A stretch of 64,000 nucleotides of DNA from positions 3,968,001 to 4,032,000 of the forward strand of contig CP158636.1 of NCBI GenBank assembly GCA_050273025.1, written 5' to 3'. The stretch's first letter is position 1. Each line of letters starts with the position of its first letter. Origin of the DNA: Cenococcum geophilum. Its lineage: Eukaryota. Shown here one piece after another: positions 39,701-51,061 of the stretch. Under the pieces are notes generated by a model. The model saw nothing but the letters and a program-made list of their open reading frames with translations. It ran no database searches and was not told the origin of the DNA. Made by a program: the position numbers and the translations under genes.

Positions 39701-40296
39701 TATAATAGCAACACTCTTAAGAACAGGAATAATAGGACTAAAAGATTAGCTTTACTAGGTGGGTATCCTAGTAGGTAGCCCGAGATGCAAATATAGCTAG
39801 CTAAGACAGACACCAAAACACGTAATACTGCTATGCCCCCTACGCACCAATTAAGAAATAATACTCTTAGTAGCTAGCACAGAGAACTATAATATACTGC
39901 TCTTAATATAAAAAGGCCTTAAGGCGATTACCTAGTGGCTTATTAGTTAAAATATACTAAATCAGTTCTAGGTTGTAAGGGAAATGGTAATAAAAGGTAA
40001 GGGGGCGAGCAGCAGGTGCCCCCTAGTAACTCTACAGTAGTAGAGTAATAGTTTATAATACTAGCGCGTCCGTAGGCTTGTTACGGCAGTAGTGGTTCCC
40101 AAGGAGGTTAAACAGTAAGGTAGTAGAGCACTATAGGCGACTTGTAGGCGCTAAGCAGGCGAGTCCCAAAAGGCGGGGAGATGGATCATAGGGTTTTCTC
40201 ATTTTTCTTAAATAGAGTTTTCTCCCCATATATAAATAAGGAGTAGTCCACGTGGGCCCAATAGGGATCCGAATCGGACGTTAAGTAATGAATTAT
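33763..40296 (+). mobile_element. LINE (Tad1-like non-LTR retrotransposon) inserted in the gag region of the Copia-like element, RIP-inactivated
   Basis: TSD up to 17 bp tattattatattcgcta (33746-33762, 40297-40313); (ATT)n tail; ORF1 Cys/His knuckles ~35800-35995; APE LLGD.NL(H)HP ~36993; RT GSYRPITLENTL ~38166, G..QG.PLSPILF ~38560, GFV(D)DTN ~38655; C-terminal TPKHV..LCP ~39810. Confidence 0.93.
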
Positions 40297-40842
40297 TATT
40301 ATTATATTCGCTATCTTTATAGTGTTCTATACGGTATACTAAGAATCTATTTAGGTCCTATTACTTAGCGGTTACAAAGTTAGTTACGGCTCTATTCTAT
40401 ATCTCTAGGTTAATATCTTTCTTATACTTCTTCGGATAGGTTAACGCTATAGTAGGTAGAATTAACAAGGTGTTATATATCAAAGGTAGGTAGGATTTTT
40501 GGTTTTATAGGATCTTATAGGTTTACTGTCTAAAGGTAGGTAATTTAAGATATTGTTTAACGCGTTTCGGACATTAACTTAGGACCTTAGGTTTAGTAAT
40601 ACTTCTAACCTAAAGTACTTAACCAAATCTTTATAAACGTAATTATTCTGCGTAATAGACGCAATTTAGTATCTCCTAGTACTTAGTAACACTTCTATTA
40701 CTAGTTTTCCGCAAGTCTAAGGTAGCACAGTATCGCCGGGATCTATTCTATATAAGCGCATATAGCACCCCTATACAAAACTATCTCTTCTATCAATAAC
40801 CTAGCTGCTCTATAGTTAACTATATATTTAACTACTAATTAG

Positions 40843-41036
40843 TATTAGAAACACAGGGCAAATTACTAATACTATTTAAGTAGATATAGTAATGGAATAG
40901 GTTCTTATTCTAGATAGGGGAGGGTAAGAAATTTAAGGTTCCTTACCACGCTAGTGCCGCGATGGCACGTGACGGCAAGTTGCCTCACGTAACGGTAATA
41001 TGCCGCACGTAAGGGCAAATTGCCTTATTCCCGACA
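40843..41036 (-). repeat. 5' LTR of nested Copia-like element
   Basis: TATTAG (RIP-altered TGTTGG)...CCGACA, followed by TSD gtaac. Confidence 0.93.
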
Positions 41037-43237
41037 GTAACTGCCTATTATAAATAGGACTTTAAGAAGGTATATAAGCTTTGGAGGAAGCGCAAAGTAG
41101 TTAATCTGCTTTATAATATTATACGGTATATTTATATAACTCCCTAGCGTTATAGCTTCTTTAAAAAGATTTAAATTGGTAGTAATTTGGCAGAATTTAA
41201 TAGCTTAGAGGTACGTAATAGACTTATAGTATTAAGTATTTGTGCTATTTGCTAACCGGTAGAACGCCAGAGGCGCTTCCTGATTAGCTATAGCTTCGGA
41301 TTTTTATATCTACCGCTCTACGGTTATAATATTCTGCCTATAGTCGCAATATTCTGCTTATAGTTGTAATATTTAAAAGTTATACTAACGATCTACTAGC
41401 TTATTTAAAATAACTAAACGCGTTAGAACTCCCTTTTTGCAGCTATTAGCCGCTTTCTAAACTATAAAGAGCGTGTTATTAAGTTTTATAATAACTATTC
41501 GCCATCTACTAACTTAAAGGCGCTTATATATAATAACTTCCTCTAACCCCATTACTGGAAAGAACTTAAATATCTATATAACTACCTTAAGACGTTCTAT
41601 AAGGCTATACTTATAGTAGAAGGCAATTATATAGGTCTTACTAACCACTTTTAGACTCTAGATTAGCTTATAATAGAGCTTAATTAAATAAAGCAGAAGT
41701 TTCTTAAGCTGGCGGCTAAAAAACGAAAGTAAGCTAAGGCTTAAAACTATAAGATCTTATTTAGCTGCGCCAATGCAGTATAGGAGAAGTGCGAAAAGTA
41801 CTATAAGTACGCCGATAATACGCTAGCTTACTACGCCACAATTGTTCTTAATCTAATACTTAAGATATAGTGGTTTAAAGAGAAATAGAATGACTATAAG
41901 GTTAAGAAGCACTAGATTCTATAAGTAAGGAAGCTAGTAGAGGATCTTTTCCTTAAATATAAAGGCAGGCGCTGTCTTAATTAAGAATTATTATCTAGGT
42001 AGGTACCGCGGCGGAGGTAGTTAAAGGTCTATATATCTGCTCGGGCTTATAAACGCTTAAAGACTATTTATTAAGAAGATAATACGTTACTAATAGAAAT
42101 AGATAACCTCTAGGAGTACCTTAATACGAACGTTAAGGTTATTAAAGACGACGAAGACTTTAACGTAATTTAATACTGGTAGGACCGCTATACTAGCTAA
42201 CCTAACCTTGCTTAGTTTACCCTTAATATCCTCGCGGTGCCTCCTATAAGTAATAAATGCGAACGCCTATTTAGTAGCTATAAGATCCTCCTTAAAGACC
42301 AATAATCTTAACTTTAGATGGATATAATTAAGGTAAATAAGGTCCTTTAGCACTTATTTAGGCCTCCGCGGAAAGATATATTTAATAATAAGGATATTAG
42401 TAAGGCAGAAGGCAAACCATAGGCTTTATTAGGAATACCACTGACAGAAGCCGCGAAGGCTTATACTGCTGCGGATGTCTTTATAATTGCTGCTGCGTAG
42501 GTGGAGCTTTCTAATAATAGTATGGAGGGCTTTGAGGAGGTCCTAGCTCTAATTAAGGGCAACAATAACGATATTGCTGAGGTTAATGTAGTAGATGAGC
42601 TCAATTGGATGTAATATAGGCTATTTTTGCATTAGATTTGGTACATTTGCTTACCTACCCGTCTTAATATCAACACCAAAATCGTGCTAAGACTTACTAT
42701 TTATAGTATATATTTGCATTGGATTCCTTTGGAGCTCCAGAAGCCAAATTCTAAAAGAATTGGATGGACTGGATTTGAGCTTAAATCCAGTCCAGTCCAG
42801 TCCAATACAATCACTGCTTGTGGGTGCTTCCACGAACCCTATTAGCAATCTAGGGTATGTCTGTCAATGCTTACATCTTAGCTGTAGGCTTCTGGGAGAC
42901 TATTAACGTATTCATGGTATTCACGGTATTGGCTTTCTGCATGGATTCCCAATATCACCATTAGCATAGCTGTCTCCTTGTGTGGAGGTCAGAATAATTA
43001 CTAGTGGCGGAGGGCTACAAGCTGTATTTAGAAACCCCTCAAGCAATTTGACGGCGATATGATCCAACGTTTCGTTTTATCATCGTTCACCTGCAAAAAC
43101 CATGTTTCAAGAAATAAATCATTCAGCTAACGGTCGGGGAAGAAAACAATTGGCAGGACACGTCTGTTTACGGTATTTACTCAAACTAATATTTTAACCA
43201 TGAAGTCTAATCTCGTATATGTTCCCGAATTTGCCAA

Positions 43238-45547
43238 TTAAACCGCCACGTCTTCCACTCTGACTAGTCCGCACCCTAACCCTGCAGCTGCCCAACCTCC
43301 AAACCTCAAATTTGGGTTCCATGCAAGTTGTGTGACTGCTGTACCCTCTTCGTAAATAGTAGCAAAGCGGGTGCCTTCCTGCACATTTGGGCCTTGCGCT
43401 CTTTGGAGTTGGGTAGTCTCGGGTTTGTGGCCATCTGTGATGCGACTCAGAGGTTCGCGGAGAGCTGAGAGGGGTGGACGAGCTCTGGAGGTTGTGGCTG
43501 TGGATGATGATGGAATTTGAGGGCCAAGAGCGTTGGGTGTGCTTGGTTCCGCGGGTTGTGTCACTGGCGTTGCGGCTGATACTCCATCTTCAGCTCCAGC
43601 TGTGCTCGCATCATTTTCCGGGGTCTCCTTCGCATTCATTCCTCTCCTCCATTCATGCCCAAACCAAACCTGTTGCCAAGGCTCCGTCTTCATATCTAGG
43701 ACCCTCCTAATTGGGTTGCTTGCTAAAATGAACCCATCGGCGGTTCCAATTAGTACACTCGGGTGTACTTGACTACTCGCGATCGCTAGAATTTGTGCTT
43801 CGGCTCGCATGCTCGCCATGTGCATGTAGAACCTTCGTATTGGCTGATTTCTTAAACAGTAGTTCTCGTCAGATGTGAGAAATGACTGTGTCCATTCATG
43901 CCAGGCTATCGCAACACCGAAGACGCGGCTGCGGGCTGAGAGTACGGAGTCGAGATGTGGGGAGCGGATATCAGTAAGGCGGACGAAGCCATCTGCGCTG
44001 CCGGTAGCGAGAAAGTGTGGGCGCGAAGGGTAAGCGGAAGTAATGTTAACTATGTAAGAAGCGTTTAGGGTGTGGTATAGCCAAGGGCGGGGGTTTGAGG
44101 TTGTGTTGGATAAAAGCTCGGGCGTGAGAGTCCAGATGGCAATACTACCGTTAGCGGTGCCTACAGCGATGGTAGTGCCGGAGAGCCAGGTCAGACAAGT
44201 ACAAAGGGTGTTTGGGGGTTGACATTCGAAGGTGGCTTGTTTGATGTTCAGATAAAATGGAGATGATGTTGTAGGTTTTGGGTATTGGATATCAAGGACC
44301 CTGACTTTTCCATCGCCCCAAATGCCAGCCAGAAGTCCCATATGAATAATGCCATCATCGTTCGCCTTAATCACATCCATCATTCCGACTGGACACCATT
44401 TGAAATTCTTAACAGATCCCCAATCTGTGCAGATAACCAGCTCAAGATTGGGAGGCGTTTCTGGGTCTAGTCTATGATTTTCTGAGGATTTGAATCCCCA
44501 GATCTGTATCGAAGCAGGAAATGGGCGTTGAGGTGTAAAAGAAGGGGCCTTGGGATTTTGGAAAGGTTTATATGATCGGCCAGTGGTATTCTTTTGTAGA
44601 ACGGATATAGACAGATATTGCGTAGCTCCTGTTTCATTTGGAAGCCATTCAAGGATTTGAATTTTATTTCCAAGATTCAATATCCAGCCTCGTCTTTGTA
44701 GTTTGCCTGAGTACTGAGAATCGTTTCGATTAGAAGGATCTGTCCACGGTTCATTAAGGCTTAGTCTCTCTCCTGTCCTGAGAGTATAGAGCTTTTGATT
44801 GCCGTACGGCCCCATGAGAAAATTGTGATGATTCAATGTAGGTTTAGGCATATAGGAGACAGCGTCTTCAGCAGTGAGGCTTATTGTTTCTTGTCGGAGC
44901 GTGAAAGCATCCTTTGCTCCTTGCTCATGGTACCATTTTCTACTATTACATACTTCGCGTTCTGTGGCTCCTTTAGCGCAGTAGAAGCTGGGAGCCATGC
45001 CTCCAACTCCATATGCGTCTGCCTTCAGGGACGGTAGAGTCGGATCTGGTTGCCATTTATCCCTGGTTTTTAGTATCGGGGCTATATCTTCCTTACTGGG
45101 TCCGAAAGTGTAGATGAGTCTTGTCTCTTTGGCGCCTTTGATACGAAATTCTGAGATGCCACGAGTATGGACCAGTGGTGGGTCAGGCCGATAATCTCGG
45201 GTGTCCTTTTGACGCTTTTTTGCAGTGGTAGGTCTATCTTGCTCTGATTCAGATCCAACTATAAAGGTGTCTTCATTTACAACCTCCGGGCCTGGGTCTG
45301 TGATACTACCTTCTCTGGAAGAATTGCCTTCGGAAACAACACTGCCCGGGGGTAAATTCTCATCTTCAGGGAGATCAGGGACGTCATTTGCAGAGAACTC
45401 CTCCTCGCTGTCCGATGATACTGAGGTACTATCACTGGACCCCGAATCATCGGATGCGTACAGTACATTTTCCAGGCCAGTAAATGGGTCGACGTTATAT
45501 TTCTTGTTGACCTGACGAGATCGGCCTGATCTGCGTAATTCAACCAT
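43238..45547 (-). CDS. TFC6: RNA polymerase III transcription factor TFIIIC subunit, Tfc6/Sfc6-like WD40 protein (769 aa)
   Basis: Acidic/basic low-complexity N-terminus, WD-like repeats, C-terminus WNPNLRFGGWAAAGLGCGLVRVEDVAV recognised as typical of filamentous-fungal Tfc6. Confidence 0.8.
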   Translation of the reverse strand: MVELRRSGRSRQVNKKYNVDPFTGLENVLYASDDSGSSDSTSVSSDSEEEFSANDVPDLPEDENLPPGSVVSEGNSSREGSITDPGPEVVNEDTFIVGSESEQDRPTTAKKRQKDTRDYRPDPPLVHTRGISEFRIKGAKETRLIYTFGPSKEDIAPILKTRDKWQPDPTLPSLKADAYGVGGMAPSFYCAKGATEREVCNSRKWYHEQGAKDAFTLRQETISLTAEDAVSYMPKPTLNHHNFLMGPYGNQKLYTLRTGERLSLNEPWTDPSNRNDSQYSGKLQRRGWILNLGNKIQILEWLPNETGATQYLSISVLQKNTTGRSYKPFQNPKAPSFTPQRPFPASIQIWGFKSSENHRLDPETPPNLELVICTDWGSVKNFKWCPVGMMDVIKANDDGIIHMGLLAGIWGDGKVRVLDIQYPKPTTSSPFYLNIKQATFECQPPNTLCTCLTWLSGTTIAVGTANGSIAIWTLTPELLSNTTSNPRPWLYHTLNASYIVNITSAYPSRPHFLATGSADGFVRLTDIRSPHLDSVLSARSRVFGVAIAWHEWTQSFLTSDENYCLRNQPIRRFYMHMASMRAEAQILAIASSQVHPSVLIGTADGFILASNPIRRVLDMKTEPWQQVWFGHEWRRGMNAKETPENDASTAGAEDGVSAATPVTQPAEPSTPNALGPQIPSSSTATTSRARPPLSALREPLSRITDGHKPETTQLQRAQGPNVQEGTRFATIYEEGTAVTQLAWNPNLRFGGWAAAGLGCGLVRVEDVAV

Positions 45548-45826
45548 CAGTGCAGATCAAGAATTAGCAGACTACCAAGACAATAACGTGATGTTTAGCA
45601 TCGCTGCTTGTGTAAGTCGGTCATGTAGGATTCACGCAGTTGATGAAAGCTTTTTGAGTTGAGGTGCTTGGCACCTGCTAGAGACCGAACCCATCAAAGT
45701 TTACCATCATTGCCCTCGCTCTCCTTCATCACACTATGGACCTTACAAACCTACACACATTTACTTAGACCTCACATAAAACCATATACTGTCTAAAGGG
45801 TCTTCGCTTTGCCATTTGTTTCCGAC

Positions 45827-47404
45827 ATGGCTTCTCTTCCTCCCCGACCAGCCTCCCAGTGGAGGCCCTCTCCCCGCGAGCAGGACCCATCCTCGTCTGA
45901 CTCCCATCAGGCCCAACTTCCTCGTACCGACAGTGAGGCCTTCTCTACCACATCAGAAGACTCCCAAACTCTTCTCTTAAATCGACGTCGGTCCACCCAG
46001 CCTTTCAGTAATACTACTCCACAGAACAGGCAAACTTCGTCTGTCCCCGAAGCAGATGCCGAACCCCGCAAATGCTGGATATGTTTCAATGATGAAACTG
46101 AAGACACGCCTGTATCATCAGAATGGCGGAGTCCATGTCCTTGCGTACTTGTCGCACACGAGAAATGCATTTTAGATTGGATAGCAGATATGGAAGCACC
46201 GAACTCACGACGCAGAGCCGGCGGCTCAGGAAAAGTGCTCTGCCCGCAGTGCAGGTCTGAAATACACCTCTTGCGGCCACGTAGTGTGGTTGTGGATACG
46301 GTTAGGGCTTTGGAGCGATTGACTGGACTCATGCTGGTACCCGGTGTCTTCGTTGTCTTAGGCTCCGCAGCCTACTCCACCGCTACGATGCTCGGAACAC
46401 ACGCTATGTACGAAATATTCGGGATGGAGGATGGCCTACAGATTCTGCAACCGCTCTACAATCCCCCTGATGTCACCGAGGCATCGCCAGTGATCCGCCT
46501 TCTCAACCATTTGCGCCAGCATTGGCGCCTCGACATAGGGCTTCCCCTTATCCCTAGCATTCTTATTGCGTCTAGGATAACAATTGCCGACAGTTTCCTC
46601 CCAATTATCCCCATGATCTTCTTCGCCAGCTCCTCTAGTCCAGACGAAATGCTCAACGTGGGCCATTGGCCTCCTAGCGCCGCCCTTACTGTCGCGCTGC
46701 TCCCGTACATCCGCGCAGGCTACAACGCATATTACGAGCGATTCTGGTTACCACGTGAGCAGCGATGGCTGAAAGAAATCCAACCACGAGCCGGCGACAC
46801 TCCCGAGGAAGGCCAAGGAGCTAATGAAGATAATAACCCCAACCACATCCATGAGATATTCGAAGACGAGAACGGCGTCATGGACATTGAAGTCGACCTG
46901 GACTTCGAAGTCTTCCGCGACTGGAATAACGGCGGGCCTGCTGACAACCACAATGCTGCCGAGCCCCCTCCGGTCCCAATTGCCAGGGGTCCCGCGCCGC
47001 CTCTCAATGCGCCGCCTCTCGACGCGGACGATGCGGCGCCCGCTCCGAACGTCCCGGCCCAGCCTCGAAACAGGAATAACCGTAGGATAGAGCGGGGTCT
47101 TAATTTCAACACCACGTCTCTAGCCGACACGGTTCTCGGCGCGCTGCTCTTCCCCTCCATCGCGGCTGCCGTAGGTGAGGCGTTGCGGCTTGCGCTCCCG
47201 CGCTCCTGGGTCACGCCACCGGTATCTGGGAAGCCGACTGGGTTGCTGCAGGCGAGGTGGGGGAGGAGTATTGTCGGTGGATGCTTGTTTGTGGGCGTCA
47301 AGGATGCTGTGATGTTATATGTGCGGTGGAAGATGGCGCAGAACCATCAGAAACGAAGGGTGCTGGATTACGACAAGGTGAAGAAGAGGGTCATAAGGCC
47401 ATGA
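45827..47404 (+). CDS. RING-CH (RINGv) membrane E3 ubiquitin ligase, MARCH5-like
   Basis: CWIC...WRSPCPCVLVAHEKCILDW...CPQC; several transmembrane segments; C-terminal GGCLFVGVKDA and RRVLDY. Confidence 0.88.
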   Translation: MASLPPRPASQWRPSPREQDPSSSDSHQAQLPRTDSEAFSTTSEDSQTLLLNRRRSTQPFSNTTPQNRQTSSVPEADAEPRKCWICFNDETEDTPVSSEWRSPCPCVLVAHEKCILDWIADMEAPNSRRRAGGSGKVLCPQCRSEIHLLRPRSVVVDTVRALERLTGLMLVPGVFVVLGSAAYSTATMLGTHAMYEIFGMEDGLQILQPLYNPPDVTEASPVIRLLNHLRQHWRLDIGLPLIPSILIASRITIADSFLPIIPMIFFASSSSPDEMLNVGHWPPSAALTVALLPYIRAGYNAYYERFWLPREQRWLKEIQPRAGDTPEEGQGANEDNNPNHIHEIFEDENGVMDIEVDLDFEVFRDWNNGGPADNHNAAEPPPVPIARGPAPPLNAPPLDADDAAPAPNVPAQPRNRNNRRIERGLNFNTTSLADTVLGALLFPSIAAAVGEALRLALPRSWVTPPVSGKPTGLLQARWGRSIVGGCLFVGVKDAVMLYVRWKMAQNHQKRRVLDYDKVKKRVIRP

Positions 47405-48378
47405 ACATATCTTATGAAGCATCGAAAGAAAGTTTTTGGGTGGATACCCATCTTATTATTTTGGTCGGAGAGATGGGTTGAATTGGGACACCACTGAACT
47501 GAGGACTGCACAGCTCGGCGTTGATGGATCGGCTCATGGCTTGTGAATGTATGGAGGATAGATTCCGATCTTAACATGAGTTCTCCGCTTTTATGTCAGA
47601 TATAAGGCCATTTTAGGTATCTCCGCCGTTGGTAAGAGTATTGGCAAGAAGGAAACGGCATTCATCGTATGCGCATACTGTTACGCTCTTGGAAATGCAA
47701 TATGATACCGCCTAACCAAAAACTTATTTTTTGGAGTCTACTATCCGTGAGCCTTTTCCGCCAAACGCCCACCATGCATCTATCTTCCATCGTCCCTTAT
47801 TAATCCAGAATCAGACTGGAACCAACAAGCATGCTAGTTTCTAGTTGGTCTGCCAGTACTGTAAAATCCTCAACGAATGAGGAACGTGCCAACCCATGTC
47901 TTGTGCCAGAAACGGAGGGATAAATTTACAAGCAGCTTTAGCAGAGTTTGGTTCGAGAGGCAATAGCCTACAAGAAAGAGAAAAGGGAAACAGAGCTGTA
48001 GTTACGTCCTCGCTAGGACTTTTGGAAACTAAACTAAACAGAAATAGAAGGGAGAGGGGAAATCGGGCAAAATATAGAGTCGTTATTATACCTTCAATAG
48101 GAGGCAGGGGAAAAAGAAATCCTCGGAGAGAGAAGCAAAAACCGAGAGCAACACAGCATAATAAAACATCCTACAGCCACGAAAGATCCTTCCAAAAACC
48201 AAAAACCACCAGAAAACAAAGTACAACCCACAGACTCAATAGTTTACTCATCAATACGACCAAAGGGATCTAGTCAAAGTCTTTCTAAGACTCGACGCAT
48301 AACCAAAACAAACCAGCTAAGTATAGCCTACCAAAACCCAAGAAAAAACAAGAAAGAGAACAAGCAAGTGCTAGTCCA

Positions 48379-51061
48379 TCACACTGGCGCAGCGTTCCCA
48401 GGGCCTTGCACCATCCGACGCTTATAAAAATCATTGAACGAGAGCTGCTGGAATAGCTTCTCGGCAAACTGTTGCACAGTCATAGTAGCTTGGTTAAGAA
48501 ACGGGAAGCCTGCCAGGCAGCTCGAAATCTGCTCCTGAGTGTGTCCCGCGATGAGCCGCTCGATGACCGTGTCGCTGATATGCAAGATTTCCGGTGGGCT
48601 GCTCACCCACTCGTGCGACTGGATCATCATGCGGATCCAGGGCGTCGCGCGAGCTGCGGCCTCGTGCGCGTCATTCTGTCCAGGCTGCGTTTTCTGTGCA
48701 AAGGGCGGTGGGCCCATTGGGTGCGGGAGGGTGTCTGGGTGCTGGCGGGAATGCACATCGGCCGGGTGGTATGTACCGTATGGTGGTGTACCATTTGGGC
48801 GCGGTACTGCAACGGGGTGCGGCATTGGAACTGGTTGTGGTGTCATTGTTTCTTGGATGCGAATGATGTGGATTTGCTCAAATAGCCAGTTCGTAAAACT
48901 GCGGGCGCTGGGGTCGTGCGGCATAATGTGTAGGATTTCGTTCAGCTTCAACACAATATCATCCTGCGTTTTCCCATCTGCTAGCATGCCAATCACGCAT
49001 GAGGCTAATGCGTCATTCATTTCGCTGGCATTACCGGCTTCGACCAGCCTCATGTGGGCCTGTCTTTGGAGGTACTGCGCAAAGGGTGTACCACGCACGA
49101 TTTTGATAGGCAAAGGGGGTTCAGGTTGTAGAGGCTGTGGATGCGTTTGTGGCTCGCATGTAGTATGTATCTGTGGTACCTCAGGTTCAGTCTCTCCATG
49201 GCAATCCCCACTAGCAGCACCGTTGATGCTTGAGTCTTTATCAGGGAGAACAACACGGTTGTCATCTCCATTTTCCAGAGGCTGTTGGGCTCTAATGAGA
49301 TGTCCGAAACGCTTCTCGAGCTTTGGAACAACGTTCTCGCGGAAGAGCGCTTGGCTGGTATTGTGCTTGTGTTTTGGAGTGGTGGACCGTGAAGAGCGTG
49401 CCGCGCGGCGCGAATGAAATTGCGAATGAGTCGGAACGTTATATGAGCTATGTGATTGCACGTGAACGGAAATGGCCGCAGGCACCAAGTTAGGCCATGG
49501 AACTTGCTTCCCGAATGGGCCGTCGTGGATATACAGCAACCCAGGATCGTTTAAGGCATGATGGGGTGGTCGGGGAGGATGCGGTTGATATGGCTGATAC
49601 GGTTGGTATGGTTGATATGGCTGATACGGCTGGTATGGTTGATAAGGCTGGTATGGCTGATACGGATGATATTGAGGATAAAGAGGATAAGGAAACTGGA
49701 GGGGCTGACACTGGACATTCTGATTAACCGAGGGCGAATTTCGGTTATGCTGGGCTTGCTGCTGGGCTCGCTGAGTCTGTATTGCAAATAACTGTTTGCC
49801 AGGGGTATCACAGAATGGACCCGGGTAACGCTGGACCACGTGAACAGGGTATGGAAAGTTATTTTCGGTAGGTGTTGACACCTGAACTGGGTTATTTGAT
49901 GCAGAAATCTGCTCCAGCTTGACTTTGGGGACGATAACCTCCTGCATATGTTGAAAATTAAGTTCTCCATGATGTTCCGGTGTCCGGCCTGGAGGACTTA
50001 TATGGCTGGCCTGTGGTGTAGAGGGTATCGGGCGCACGGGCGAAGCGTGTGAGCCCTGAAGGTGATTTGTATGTGTTTCCTCTGTCACATGTGATATATC
50101 CGCATTGACATCTTCCTGGAGAAACTTCTTATTTCGAATAATATCAAACACCTCATCAACGAGCATGGCCGTGTCTGTATAACAGTTAGAATCCGTAGGG
50201 CCTTAGCTATGAGAGGGATGGAATTTTTACGGTTTCGGAGGAAGGTACTTAGGTTAGAAATACAACTCTTTCTTACATACCCTTCAGGGCCGCCAGACTT
50301 GACGAGAGCAAGGACGTAATCAGCGAGCGCATCGGTATCAGGAGATTTGAGCTTTGGACTCCAAGTTCTATAAATATCTATAAGTATCTTGAAGAGGAAG
50401 AGTCGAAGGGCCAGCGGAAACTTGAGGCTTACAAGGTACTTAATCTATTAACAATGCATTTCTTCAGCTTTAGCACGTCCACTTCATCGACGTAAATATA
50501 TCCGGGGATAAGGCCTGGATCGAATACACTCAAATCGGGGGAGGGCACTGAATGAGCGCCCGAACACGGGCGTTGAAGCGGAGATCCAGTTGAGACATCT
50601 GAGAACCGGATTGATTCGCAATCATCCTCGTAACGGGACTTCTTGTCAGTGCGACTGTGTGGGAGCGGCTTGTTGACTGGATGTAGGTCCACTGACGGAA
50701 CGCATTCTCGGGCCTCAAGCCCAAGCGCAGACAGAGTTATAGATGAGACACTGTTTGAATCAGAAGCCCCCGATAGGCTAGCATCTGAAGAGGTGCGCCT
50801 GCGACTTCCTATGTAGTCTCCGGAAGAATCGCTCGATCCGATCTTGCTCGACCGCGTCCCGCTTGTTTCCGTCTGAGCGTCCAAAGAATCTTGCCGCTTA
50901 CCTGTGAAAGTGCACGGATTCTTACACAGTGTGCATGGGTAGCCAGGATCCCCAAGATTATCTGTGGTGTAAGTATGTGATGTTGACGTACCGCAGCCCT
51001 GAGTTCCTATGGCTTCTTGATGACCACAAGCGTCAAAGGTGTATATTATGTACCGACACAT
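48379..51061 (-). CDS. Multi-PWI-domain protein, ~853 aa (exons 51061-50433, 50367-50231, 50174-48379)
   Basis: Two GT-AG introns join the ORFs in frame and rebuild a PWI domain (LKKCIVNRL..DTDALADYVLALVK..LSTFLRNHTAMLVDEVFD); later Nab2-N-like domain (DALASCVIGMLADGKTQDDI..ARSFTNWLFEQI) and a second degenerate copy. Confidence 0.75.
49583..49670 (-). repeat. Coding 9-bp tandem repeat, (PYQ)x9
   Basis: ccNtaYcaR units with synonymous variation; PYQPYQ... in the translation. Confidence 0.9.

Larger units (their letters stand above)
28488..41036 (-). mobile_element. Copia-superfamily LTR retrotransposon inserted in the hAT transposase, RIP-inactivated
   Basis: 194-bp LTRs 28488-28681 and 40843-41036; TSD gtaac (28483-28487, 41037-41041); minus-strand protease PDT(G)A ~32070, integrase VPI.A(H)NSVGKV ~31215-31255, RT VLKPLY.IAE ~29985-30011, RNase H N(P)AD..(T)K ~28980-29010. 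Confidence 0.93.
27051..42816 (+). mobile_element. hAT DNA transposon, RIP-inactivated, interrupted by nested retroelements
   Basis: 20-bp perfect TIR CAGTGATTGTATTGGACTGG; 8-bp TSD cttgtggg (27043-27050, 42817-42824); transposase remnants ISF(D)L(W)T.PN ~28102, YFMA(D)NA ~28297, RL.CFG(H)ITNL ~28395, CERLFS ~42258. Confidence 0.95.

Noticed and set aside
27023..39816. Short ORFs inside the transposon nest (27023, 27353, 39384, 39631)
   Set aside because: Chance frames in RIP-mutated transposon DNA
47896..48273. 125-aa Lys/Arg-rich ORF
   Set aside because: Antisense of a T/C-rich 3' UTR of the PWI gene; composition artefact
48472..49417. Long antisense ORFs (also 46732-47301, 61376-62113, 52222-52676)
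   Set aside because: Shadows of GC-rich coding strands with no independent motifs
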